A stretch of 64,000 nucleotides of DNA, taken from positions 8,246,001 through 8,310,000 of the forward strand of contig OZ365112.1 in the NCBI GenBank assembly GCA_977030845.1, read 5' to 3'. The notes beneath the pieces are model-generated. The model had not been told where the DNA came from. It worked only from the letters and a program-made list of their open reading frames with translations, and did not search any database. This DNA is from Fimbriosthenelais zetlandica (lineage: Eukaryota). This document shows, in pieces, positions 26,701-38,700 of this stretch; position 1 is the first letter of the stretch, and each line of letters begins with the position of its first letter. Position numbers and translations under genes: made by a program.

Positions 26701-29700
26701 CCACTGAACTGGATTACTCTTGCTTGCATACGTTTGCAGGAAAAGTAAGGAGGACAATGTGAATTCTCCCATAGCCTCTGTCATATTTCACTTTGAGGAT
26801 GGTTTGCCTGTGGAGAATAATGTCATTAACTTGACAAACCCTATAGTGATACGACTACCATATGTAAATGTAAGTATAGCCACTTTTCAATGCTAACACC
26901 TTGTCGGTGCAAGCCACTAAAGATTCTCCATTGTCTACTTAGAAATAACCTCAACCAGCATACCCATACCACCCATTATAGCTTAAAAAATGCCACGTCT
27001 CTTAAGGAACCATTATAGCAGATGCAACAAAAATAGAATTTGCTTTGTGATTAACATAATGGCTAATTGATTTTCCAAGAGTTATACCATTCTGAGATGA
27101 AAAAATACCTCATGCCTTATTGGTATTTAAGATATCTCCTGCATTTATCTCTGTCATCTTCCTTACAGACGTTCAATATATCAAATCCCGAGTGTGTGAG
27201 ATTAGTTCATTCAAATACGTAAGTATGAATATGCCTTATGGATTGATATGTTAATTTGAAGGCAATTATGACTGAGGCGTTAGGTAAAGTGCCAATAAAA
27301 TTCTATTCAAGACTGCAAGGACATTTCAATTAGTACAATATGATTGTCATCTGCATAGTGGGCCATTTATTTAGATCTTTCTACAATTATTTCATCTCTA
27401 CCATGTTCAATTGAATTGCTCTTTATATGGCTCATGATTTTTACTGCTTTCGGCCGTAGCTTATCTGTTTTTGCTCCTCAAATAATTTCACAAGGCTTTA
27501 ATCAAACTATCAGTTGCTTCTCCGAGAAGGAACACATTTTCTTCTAATTATTCTCATGGTAGTTATGGAATGTTTAAGAATAGAGTAGAACCTATTCTAT
27601 ATGATGGTCGAAGTGGGCAAATAACGAGAGAGTGTATAAGCTAGAAGTACTTTTATCCACAGCTCGGAAGAGGAACGACATGGCACAAGGTATTACCTAG
27701 ATACAGGCAATGACATGTGTTTTTCCATACAATACAACTCTTTTCTCTGTAGATCTTTTAGTACCAAAGGACCGGGAACGGTTGCTTTGGGCCTGTTGCT
27801 AGTGCAGTGAATCAAAAACAATATTCGGTGACAGGCAAATCTGACAAGGACTGAAAAAAGTGTGCATGCTTGCTCCCAGTGTACAAAATGGTCATTACAT
27901 CGGATTTACATCCAACTTTCCATGTCAATAACACAATGGACACGAAATACAAAGCTATTCCACTTTCATTCCTCAAGCTGATTTGTGTTAGAATTTTCAA
28001 GTAAAACCAAGACAACACCTCATAGATCTATCTTCTATATGGGATCTATTCCTAACTAACGCCCCTGAAGATATCAAATCAACAACATCTCACCCACTCA
28101 CTCCATACAGCATGAGTGTTGTCCATTCTGAATGAAGATCTTCAGCTCTTTCTTTTCCGAGATGCCACTAATGCAACATATCCCGCCCCAGTAAATCTAG
28201 TAGCACTCTACACCTATCTTTCAACATAGAGCATTTGACTATACTTATCCTTTTGCACCTCACGATCGCAAATGCATGCTATGTATACAAAAGAATATGC
28301 GGATGAGAGCACTATCATATTGGATGAGAGAGGTTTAGGTATATTTGCAGTAGTTTTATTTTTCCATTATTGCTGAGCACACTTCAAATTATGACACGAA
28401 TATGTAGCCATTTTTGAATTAGCAAAATATTTGCCTTGATATTATATCTGGGTGTCTCAACAATTTTGAACAATTGGGAATGGCTTGTAAGGACACATAG
28501 TAAGGAGAGCATATAGTTAGGATTTTAATAATGTCCATTTTTTTACGAACTAAGACATTTTGGGGGTATGACCGATTCAACTTTTGAAAATGGAAACTGA
28601 TAGGCAGAGAAAAGTCACATGCCTATGTCTATCACTTCATGCATTCACAACCTTAAAATTGCATCATAATTAATCCAAGTTCATGACTCAAATAGGCTGT
28701 GTCCTCCAACATGAGGAAACATGATTTTTTTGGTTATATTTTCTGTGCATTTTTAGTTCATCTACAAGGGTGTACAGCAAAGAACCGGATACACTGCTGT
28801 CAGAGTTCAGGGACCAAGCGCTTGCTTATATCAACCGGAAGAAGGAAGCAAACGCGCACGGCATGAACGGACATGACGTCACATGGCACTGGTCACGTGA
28901 TGGTTGTCGTTACATTGACGGTACGACAAGGTACGCCACGTGTGAATGCTATAGGACGGGCGTGTACGCCGTAACGACAGACATGTATGATGTTAATGTA
29001 AGTGGAAATAGTCATTTAAACATGTCTAAGTGTGGATTAAAACAACACTCAAACCCAACCCTGCGCTCGAAGTTGCATTTAATCCTGCTGTGGTCGAAAT
29101 ATCAAAATATACTTTCCATTTTCTGTTTACAAGATAATTGCTTTTGATTATTCACAAAAATGTCAGCAGTTTAGTAAAGATATTGTTAAGACTCCATCCA
29201 CTTCGATGGAAGCTGGACTAAATGTAACTTCGCCAAGCATACTGACTGCATCTCGCCTGCCTATGGATGATTGCTCTGAAGTTCTCTACTTCTGCACTAT
29301 CAGATATACACGATTTTCTTTGAACACTGAATGGCTGCGCATTTGCATCTGACCTTTCTCTCTCCGCATTTATCCCTCGCAAATGATAAAATACAATATC
29401 TTTCCTCTGTAATTACAAAATCGGATCAAAGTGACTGTATAAATTTACTTTCGAAACTAGCAGATAAAAGGCTTTGTAATTTTGCAGAAATCAAATTTTG
29501 AGCTTTCATTAATGAATAAATTAGTCACTTTCCGATTTTGCAATAACAAGGAGCTCACTGTATAAACTGGAAATAGCAACTAATATTAAGACTATGAAAA
29601 TAAGTTAAAAGTTCACATCAATGTGCTAGCATAATTGTTATTAATCAAATATAATGCGCGACAAAATTACCACAGAACATTGACGCAAATTTCCTATAAC

Positions 29701-32700
29701 TTATATTCAATTAAATAATTAATATAATATCAAGAAAAACATTACAATTGTATTGTTATATATGGCATTTGAAAATTAAAATCTATGGCGCTAATATTTT
29801 GTGTAAATTGTGTTTAAAATGATTGTCATTTTGTGTGAAAGACGAACGTATGTAACGTCATGTTCTGGTGTCTGTTACTCGAACTGTTACTCGCTTATAC
29901 ACGTCTCCACGTCTCGTCCTCTATGTATTATATACATCAATGTGGCGTTCTTGTACGACATTGACAAACTAAAATAACTAATTTTTATCAAAAGATGAAA
30001 TAAAATTATAAATATCCATAAGAATTGATTAAATACATTACATGTGCAGTCTCAAATAATTGCTGACTTATTCAAGAAAGATATTTATATTCAGAAGAAT
30101 TATTATTTGAAATGTTAAGTAATTAAAGTATTAAAAGTAATTATGAAAACTGAAATATTCTTCCAACAATGGAATTGATAAACATTTCAAGAATCTTCTT
30201 TTAATAAGAAAATGATATAATTATGCATTCACTAGATAATCTATTTTTGTAATCAACATTTAAACTGACACTTTTCCATTATGATGTACACCTAATAGTA
30301 TCAGGTAACACGTTTCCAATCTAACGCCATATCCTTTATAAAGATAACCCAAGTGGTTGCTATATATAATAGAGCTATATAATGTTTACACCTAGCGACA
30401 TATTACTGAATATGAGAATGTTAAGATAAACTAGAGGCATTCGCCATGTTCATTATGAGTTTTTTTTAGTGTCTGATGTTAGCTCAAAATAATAATTTGG
30501 TAAGCTGCGTTCCCTTGCGTTTGGGTGAGAAATAATCTCCAGGGACCTGTTTCAGAAGATTTAATATTGGCTAATGTACAGCGCATCTTCTTTATGAAAC
30601 ACGTCCCCTGACTGAAGTATGCAACAATGAATGTATGAATGCCATTGAAATAGTTGCGCACCAGACCAAGCAAAGGGGAACTGCAATGCTTATCTCTAAA
30701 TGTTGAACGTTAAAAGCTAAAATACTAAACTTCAGTTGGATTTTATGATGCTTGCAAGGGATTATACATATAACCTCAATCCTAGTGAATGTTATACCAC
30801 TGTATGGTGCACGGAAATGTTGTATATAAGTTTGGGAATGTAGTTAGTGCCACATTGTGTAGTATGTGACATTGATGGCGACCTAAATTGGGTGCCTACT
30901 GTGTTGTCTGTATTTGTATAGACACTTCCGGTCTTGTTCCCCACAACAGACCCTGAAGTTATTGTCTCTCTGTCTCTGCTATTGACATAGATCAATCATT
31001 GAAATTTTGCATTGCACTGGAAATGGATTTCAATGATTTGCATTGGTAGCTTTAGTTACCAAGATACCCATGGAACTGGTTGCATAAGGTCCACTGCGCG
31101 GCTCTATCTGCATCATTGAAATGAAATGTATATGCACAGATATTTTTGTTGATTTTTGAACACAGGTCTCGGAAGAGGTATCTTTTGTTATTTTTGATCT
31201 ATGGCATATATATGCAAAACATAGAGTAGATCGTCTTTCCTCATATCATCAACAATATCCAAAACCCACTTTGCACCTGAACAGAGAAACATATATTTGA
31301 ATAGATCTTTTTTCACTTTGTGAATCACTGACAGTTAACTTTTTTGTTAGATTGTTATTTTTTCCTAGTAAACTGTATCTGGTCTCGTGTATAGCAATCA
31401 ATGGTATTGGTTTAGCAGTCATTGACAAATGAAACATAATTTGCATCTCCGTAGTAACCATACTTGTTACGACAATACATTTGTCAAATGTAGCCAAATG
31501 TGGAAGAAAATATAGTAGGTCATAATTTTGTACCTTTTTTCTTGTGGGAAGAATATACAATTTTTCCTCATAGAATTTAGAATTTTCGATGAATTTTGTA
31601 GACATCAATTTTTGATAAATTTTGAAAAATATGAGCCAATCGGATATAGCCTATAAATACAATGTACAAGTAGAGGCCCTACAAATCTCGCCCTACCTAT
31701 TCAATTAAAGTATCGGGAACAAACCCATATTGAACCAATTTTCCTAAAGGATCTTTGGTTGGATAAAGGCTGATATGTGGATGTTTCTTTTTAGTGGGAT
31801 AGAGGCGAGGAGCCAAACATTCTCATGGAAGTTCCCTCTTACATCGGCTGTGCCCTTTCTGCCTTGTTGTGCCTTACCACAGTTGTGATGCTCATATATC
31901 TCAGGTAAGTGACGCTTGGCGGCGCCACTGTTCTAGTAAAGTCCCTCCTACACCAGTTATAGATAGAGCTACTAGGTGGCGTCCCTGTTCCAAACTGTCC
32001 CAAAGAAGTAAGAACCATTGAGGCGAAGCCCAGTGCAGAGGCCTAGCTTTACTAACTCAGATATATGAAGATTTTAGCTATTTTTCTAACACATTCTTTT
32101 AAACGTATGTATGTGCCCAATCTATCCAAGTATCAAATAATATAAGGGACTTGGGGATTTCATAAGGCAACTATAATAGGGCCTATTAGGTATGAACGAC
32201 TTAGCCTACTATACAAAGTCTACTCCTATTTATGAATGACATATTTATAAAAGTTTAGATAATTTAAATACTTTTCTTTTTTTTCTATTTTCAGGACATC
32301 ATCTAAAACGGCCGCAATTCATAAAAACTTCGCGATGGCCATTATATGCAGCCAAGTTACGTTCATGGGTGGGATAGATAAATTTAAATATGTTGTGAGT
32401 ATATTATCCCTTCCAGGCTAAACTGACTCCGCGCTACTTGCGCCCACTCAGAATCTGAATCTAACACCTAAAGTATAATCTATTACAGTCATGTTAATTG
32501 TGTCATTACAGGTGTTATGCCATGCGTTCGCTGTTACTTTTCATTACTTCTTCCTCGCCACTTTTTCATGGCTCATGAACGAGGCCTTCAACCTCTACAT
32601 CGTTATCACATACGCTGCGCATGCGCACGGCGAACACCACGAGGGTGGTTCACAATGGAGATACTACATCCTAGGGTGGAGTAAGTAGGCTGCCCACATT

Positions 32701-35700
32701 TTTATTCAATTTTAAAATTTTAAGCCTGTCCTCCACTGCTGCGATTGCGCTTCGGACACTATTACGACAAAGGCGATGCTTGTGTTTCAATAAAAGTATT
32801 GTAGTCAATGTTTCCAAGGTCTTAAGGCCGTCCCCAACTGGGATATTTTACATCTTTGTCGCAGTAGTGTCGCAAGCAATATCGCAGCAGTGGAGTCCCA
32901 TGTTTCGACCACAAACAACTCGAACAGTTTCTATAATTTGATGAAAATATAAAAATAGCCTTCTGTAAGATTTACGCTTGAAGGTAATACTTGTGCAGTG
33001 TCATGACTCTCATGACCAAATGCTGTCATAGACTTCATTAAGACTGATGTTGACAGTGAAATACTGGATGTATGATGTATTTTACTCCAATTAATGAAGC
33101 AAGCAGAAACATTATCCTTGGAAGCAAGCTCATACCGTTTTATCTTGGACTTTAAGTGGAAAAGTTACTTCAAATTCCCCTAAGAAGAAAAATAAATAAA
33201 TATGTGACGCTTGACTACGTGAGTCCTGAACAAAAATAAGAAAAATACTTTTGTTACCACTTTTCTGCACTCTCCGCGTTTTCGAGGCGTCGTATGTGAT
33301 AATTAAATCATCACCAATAATATTGGGTGATGTGATAATGTTTTTCTAAACGATAAGGCTGTGAATTGTTTGAGGTAACCTATTCCCAAGGCTTGCACCT
33401 TCCCACCTCACTCTGTAGGCTTGCATTACCTCACCGGCGTATCAGTGAAAACCAAATTTGTCAGGAGATTCGGCTGAACGACTTGGAGAGCAATATTTCT
33501 ATTATTGAATAAACACGTTCGCTTACATTTCTCAAACCCGATTCCTCTGAGCCCTGTAACCGGTCCAGATGCCTTTACCTCTTCACCAGATTTCTCCGAC
33601 TTCTTTTGGGTGTTGGAAATTAAATCCTAATGATGTGGCCCAACTTGATTTTCTCACTTAGTGCCTTTGTGCTTTGTTGCAGTTCTCCCCGGCGTCCTCG
33701 TAGGAGCGTTCGTGGGCACGCACACAGACGACTATTACGCCCCGGACATGTAAGTGTGTATTGGTAATCAAATAGTCCCACCCCAGGCCAAGAAAATGGC
33801 CTCAATCTAAAACTACATCTACTAATTCTGTAATCTTTCCTGAATCTATCAACGTGAATATGCGTCCGGGGAAATCTCATTTTGCCACCCTGCGGCGCGC
33901 CAGTCGCTCGCGCCCATCGCGCCGCAATACAACACATTGTTAGCGGCGGTGTCACAGGCAATTGCAGCCCCAGCAACTTGCATAAGGTCATGCCTTCCTG
34001 AAATAATATGGCGGATCACTTACAGACGAAGGCGGTGCAGGCAAATGTTCAGTGGGAGCCGGGTTCCTATTGAAAGCACTTCCAACTGGCGAAGGTGCTT
34101 ATTTATCTGATCGAGTTTTGCAACAGTATGACTCTATTAGCGCTGCGACAACAAGTACTTCTTTTCATGCGGGCACGAGGCAACGAAATCTAATCATATT
34201 CAATTCAGCCATTGTGGGACTCCTTCACGAAGCCTCATTCAAATGCTGAGCGAGAAGTCCAATGGAAAAGTTTGGTTATTTGCGGTTTAGTCAGCAAATA
34301 TTGACTGACGAACACCACTTGAGCGTCGGACAATAAGTGGGGGAGGTTGCCTTAGAGAAGGAGCCCCGACCATCCACGTACTACACACAGATGGCACGTA
34401 AAGCGCGCCCACCAACAAAAACCAGATCGAATACCAAGTCACGTGGTCCAAGTGGTGATTGATACGCACCCCGGATGTCGTCCGCTTAAAAGAAAAAAGG
34501 ACCAAGTCGCTAACAGATTACAACACACGTGTCTTTGTTAGCCTAGTGGTCATATAACTACTCCTAACTGCAGCGAGGCGTAAAGTGATGCCAAAGCTCA
34601 AAAGCATTGTGCCATCTCATATGTGTATGTTATTCTAATGAATGAAATAAGAGTCCCCGCCATAAGTACTAACAAACCTCCTCCATGTTTTCAAAGGCTT
34701 TGGGGGCACTGACCCGATGTTCAATTTAACTTGTAGTAAGGTTTCAAATGATGATTTCAAATATTGACTTAGGTTAGGTTTGTGTTTTGAATGTGAATTG
34801 TCAAAGCTGGTCTAAGCAAACAGGGGTGATGATTTTAAATGGTGGTTTGATTTGGATTGTCATATCGCTCCACTTCAAACTAATTCCATGAGTGGGTATA
34901 CACTCACCAAATGTTAGTTAATTGTAATGATACTGGACTGGTAATTGCTTATCATAGTCTTGGATACATAATATTCATTACTATATATGTAAATGACTTG
35001 GGATGGACGTCAAATTACATGTTATTTCCATACATGCAAAGCCCATTATTAGTCATGCTCATATAAGAAGGCATTATACAGAGGAAAATTGTCTCCTGAC
35101 TCTTCCTCCATGAATTTAGAGATTTCTCTGTGGGGGGTCGGAGCCAATCGTAACGGAGGAGCCTATTTTCTGATCCACTCTTGATATCATGCATGTCAAT
35201 AGGCCAGTCCTCCCATATGCGACCATGGGGAATGGTCACAATGCCAACTGTTGACGTCTGAAAAGCCCTCTTGGCAATAAGGTCTGTGCTGTGATACAAA
35301 TCTTCATTCCAGTTTGGCTTGTCTCTAACTTGGCCAACTTTTTATTGCAGCGCATATCTTATCTCTATCTGCCATCGTGGGCTCTCCCACTAGCCTGTTT
35401 AGCAGAACCAGAGTGGCTAAAACTCAGACATGACCATCTTGTGTTGGGATGGCTGTTCAATACAAACATAAGTGGACTGGATGCAGTCTGATGTCTTAAT
35501 GTGCAAAGCCACAAGGGGATGAATCAGCTTGTTCCAGCAAAAAAAAATATTTAAAAAAAAACTTGCATAAGGTTCTTTCATTTGGTACAATTGGCATACA
35601 TATACCCCAACAGAAAGATATGCTCGGAAGATGAATGTGGCCAGGATACAAACAGAACAAATGCTCTTACATATAAGATTCCCAGGAGGGTCCGACACCC

Positions 35701-38700
35701 CAGTTTCTGCGGGGTAAATAGCTTCTGACGTGCATATGGCAAAGCTTCATTTGTATCGCACCTAGAGTCCAATTTTCCTATGTCCAGCATCTCTTCCGGC
35801 ATCAATAACCCAATAGTGGTCAGAGGCAAATAAACAGGACTTTCTGATGAGTGGGCGCCGTTTGGGGCCCCATTGCTTACCCCAATCTAAATTGCATATC
35901 TCCCTTAGAGGACATCTTGCCGAGGTCTGGCCAAATCTCGGCCCGGTCACAAGGGGCAGCCATCACATATGCCCCTGGTGCTGCAAGAGGACAAGCCATG
36001 GCAGGGGGTCAACCAAGTGGAAACAAGGGGTGAAGCCAGGGGTGAGAGACATTGGGTCCCACGGGCAGGACAATGTCCGGTACTGCCCAGTGGTCACTTT
36101 GATCGGAGGGATTCAGGGGGGTTCTTATCTGCCCCTGGTCCACAAACATTTATCACTGTAGCGCCAAGAACGCTGAGTATCCCACTGAGGAAAACACTTG
36201 AGAGAACATCTCTTGGTCAAGTTCAGGGCAGAAGGCAGTTAGTCGCAATCACAAGTTCATAGAAGTACCAACTAGAATCAGAAATTCCTCACTTACCATC
36301 AGTCACATGTATCCTGTCTTTTCTCTGTTGGTTTTGCTTGTTACGCCAATGTAGTACAACCTGCAGATAACAAAATGAAATAAAGTTAATGACTTGTAAA
36401 ATCAATTTTAAGATCAAAACAAGAATATCAGTCATATATCAGTTGGCTGACCAATTACGTATGCGTGATTTTTGGCATACAAAAAGAAAACAGACATAGT
36501 GGACTTTAGAATATCATCATCTTTCAACATCATGGGAGGAAGAAATGCAGAAAAAGGAAAGGAGGAAGTAGAGAAGAAGGACCAGCTCCCCAGGGTGCCA
36601 TTAAGCTTTATCCATTGAGGATCGCTCATCTGTAGAATCATCTGGCACATTGAGGATCAAACCATCATGTTGTTAATTAAACCACCCGACATGTTAATGA
36701 ATTAGTCGCCTTGCCGACGGTGTCAAAATGTCTGCCTGGTCAATTGTTATGCGCATTTAGCTCGGCCGCAAAGCAGGCGAGATTATTCCACAAGACATCT
36801 TATATGCTTCTGATCGTAGTTTACGGTGCGACTTGAGCATCCCAACTGGTTATTGTCTCTAACCCTTGGTCATTTTTCTTCGGTAATCTGGAATAATGTT
36901 ATGCAACGGCGGCAGTGACCGGAACGCATGTATGCATAAGCAATCGTGAGCACAGCGATATAAAGTTGGTGTTTGGGTATTAATGCATTCATATCTGAAT
37001 GCTGGAAGGAGACTAACAATTGTCCATGGGCGGCCTGCCACCCACCAAGATCGAGATGATGACAAGGAGTGCTATGATAATTGGTAGGGGAGTCATAAAC
37101 CAAGGCTCCTTACTCACATGAAATATGAAGAGTGTATCTGGGCGGGCGCCACAGTCCTACTGCTAGGGGTGCCATGGATTTATCTGTTACCTCAATGGGG
37201 TTTATATTCATTACTGACAAGAGAAGATGTGCTGGGGTAGTGTAGGGGAAGGATGGGTGCGAACAAGCTGACAGAGCTATAAGCATATTACTTAATGCAG
37301 CACAGGGATGGGGACAGTTAATACAATTGGTATAGTTTTTATCTGGCCCGGAGATATCAAATGAGAGCGGTCGGTAAAAAACATGAAGAGACTAATGAAA
37401 TGAAGTGTATTATACATAAGAAGTTGGATGAGGTTATACTTCTAGGGGAGCCTCGGATACATATGCAAGTAAGAAGCATATGATTCATTCGTCTGGAAAA
37501 AGCATCTCCCTTTCCATAACCAGGGCATCCGTCATGGCTAATATACAGATATATCTACTCTGTGAGGCTTTTGTCATTTACCTTCCAAACTATTTGCAAT
37601 ATTTATCAGTAAATAAATTATCCCTACAAGTTATCACATTGATGGCCCAGAACTGAACTTAAACTTGGAACAAGAGTGTTAGTTCTGGGTCAGAATATGT
37701 AGAATCTGGAGCCAATTCTTGGCCTCTAGCTACTTTAAGGCAGTTTAATGCTGTCCAACGCTGCTAGCTGCCACTCGGCCCCACCCATCGCCAGCCCAGA
37801 GGTGCCTGATCGCAGCGCAAATTGCATTTGGTGCTAGAGTAGGCAGGCTGGTAGGTTGAGCAATCGTGACAGGCTGGCTGAGTGATCGGTAGAGTGAATC
37901 ATCACTAATTCCACACAGGTAGCTGCTTAAAACAGCAACTCTACCCTGGTTAAAGGCTACTCCTTAACCCATCTCACCTAATGAGAGGTCCCTATATACT
38001 GGGGTAGCTCCACTGGGGTTATTTTGCCTTGCGAGAGTTTGCGACTTTGTGCCAGCAAGCCTTTATGGCTGAGGTTTCTATGGGCTCAACTGCTATATCT
38101 GCACTACCACTTTCAAATGGAGCACAATATAGCCACCCCTTCCAAATATGAAGCCCTTGTAAGTGCAGTTGCATTTGCGGCAGTTGCGACAGAAAATCCA
38201 GTGGATCCACGCCTATAATCTCTGTGAAAAGGGTTCACCAGGCTTTGGACTGCTGTACATCAATTGTTGAGTTATGTCATCAAAAATGCAAAATCAAGAT
38301 TGTCGTATATTGATTTACGTGCTCGTGACCATGGGGGCGATTCACTCACAGTGGTCAGGGGTATTAGTTAGTCAAGATCTCCTCATAAATTTCTAGTCCC
38401 ACTTGTCTGAAATGAAGAATGGGAAGTGTCTGCCTATCTGCCAATCAGGTCTGGCTGTCAGAGAGGCAGTAGTCTACTTGTCACAAACCTCCTTCTCATC
38501 CATCCGACCAAATCTCCACAGCCCAGCAGCAGACCGCTATTACTGGCTAATCTGCTGGCTAATCTGCCTCACACCATACTCCTGATGCTTCCTGCTGATG
38601 ACTGAAAGAATCCCCACCACCTTCTACTATCTCCTCCCACCCAACCTACCACACCCTATTCTACCCTTCTATTCAGGCGGGGTTGCACTGGGTTGGTTTG

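Noticed and set aside
33620-33991. 123-aa minus ORF MTLCKLLG...
   Set aside because: It overlaps the antisense of aGPCR exon 19 and looks less protein-like. The alternative frame fits the splice phase better.
33998-34023. 26-nt minus-strand GT-AG intron
   Set aside because: Below a workable spliceosomal intron length for metazoans.
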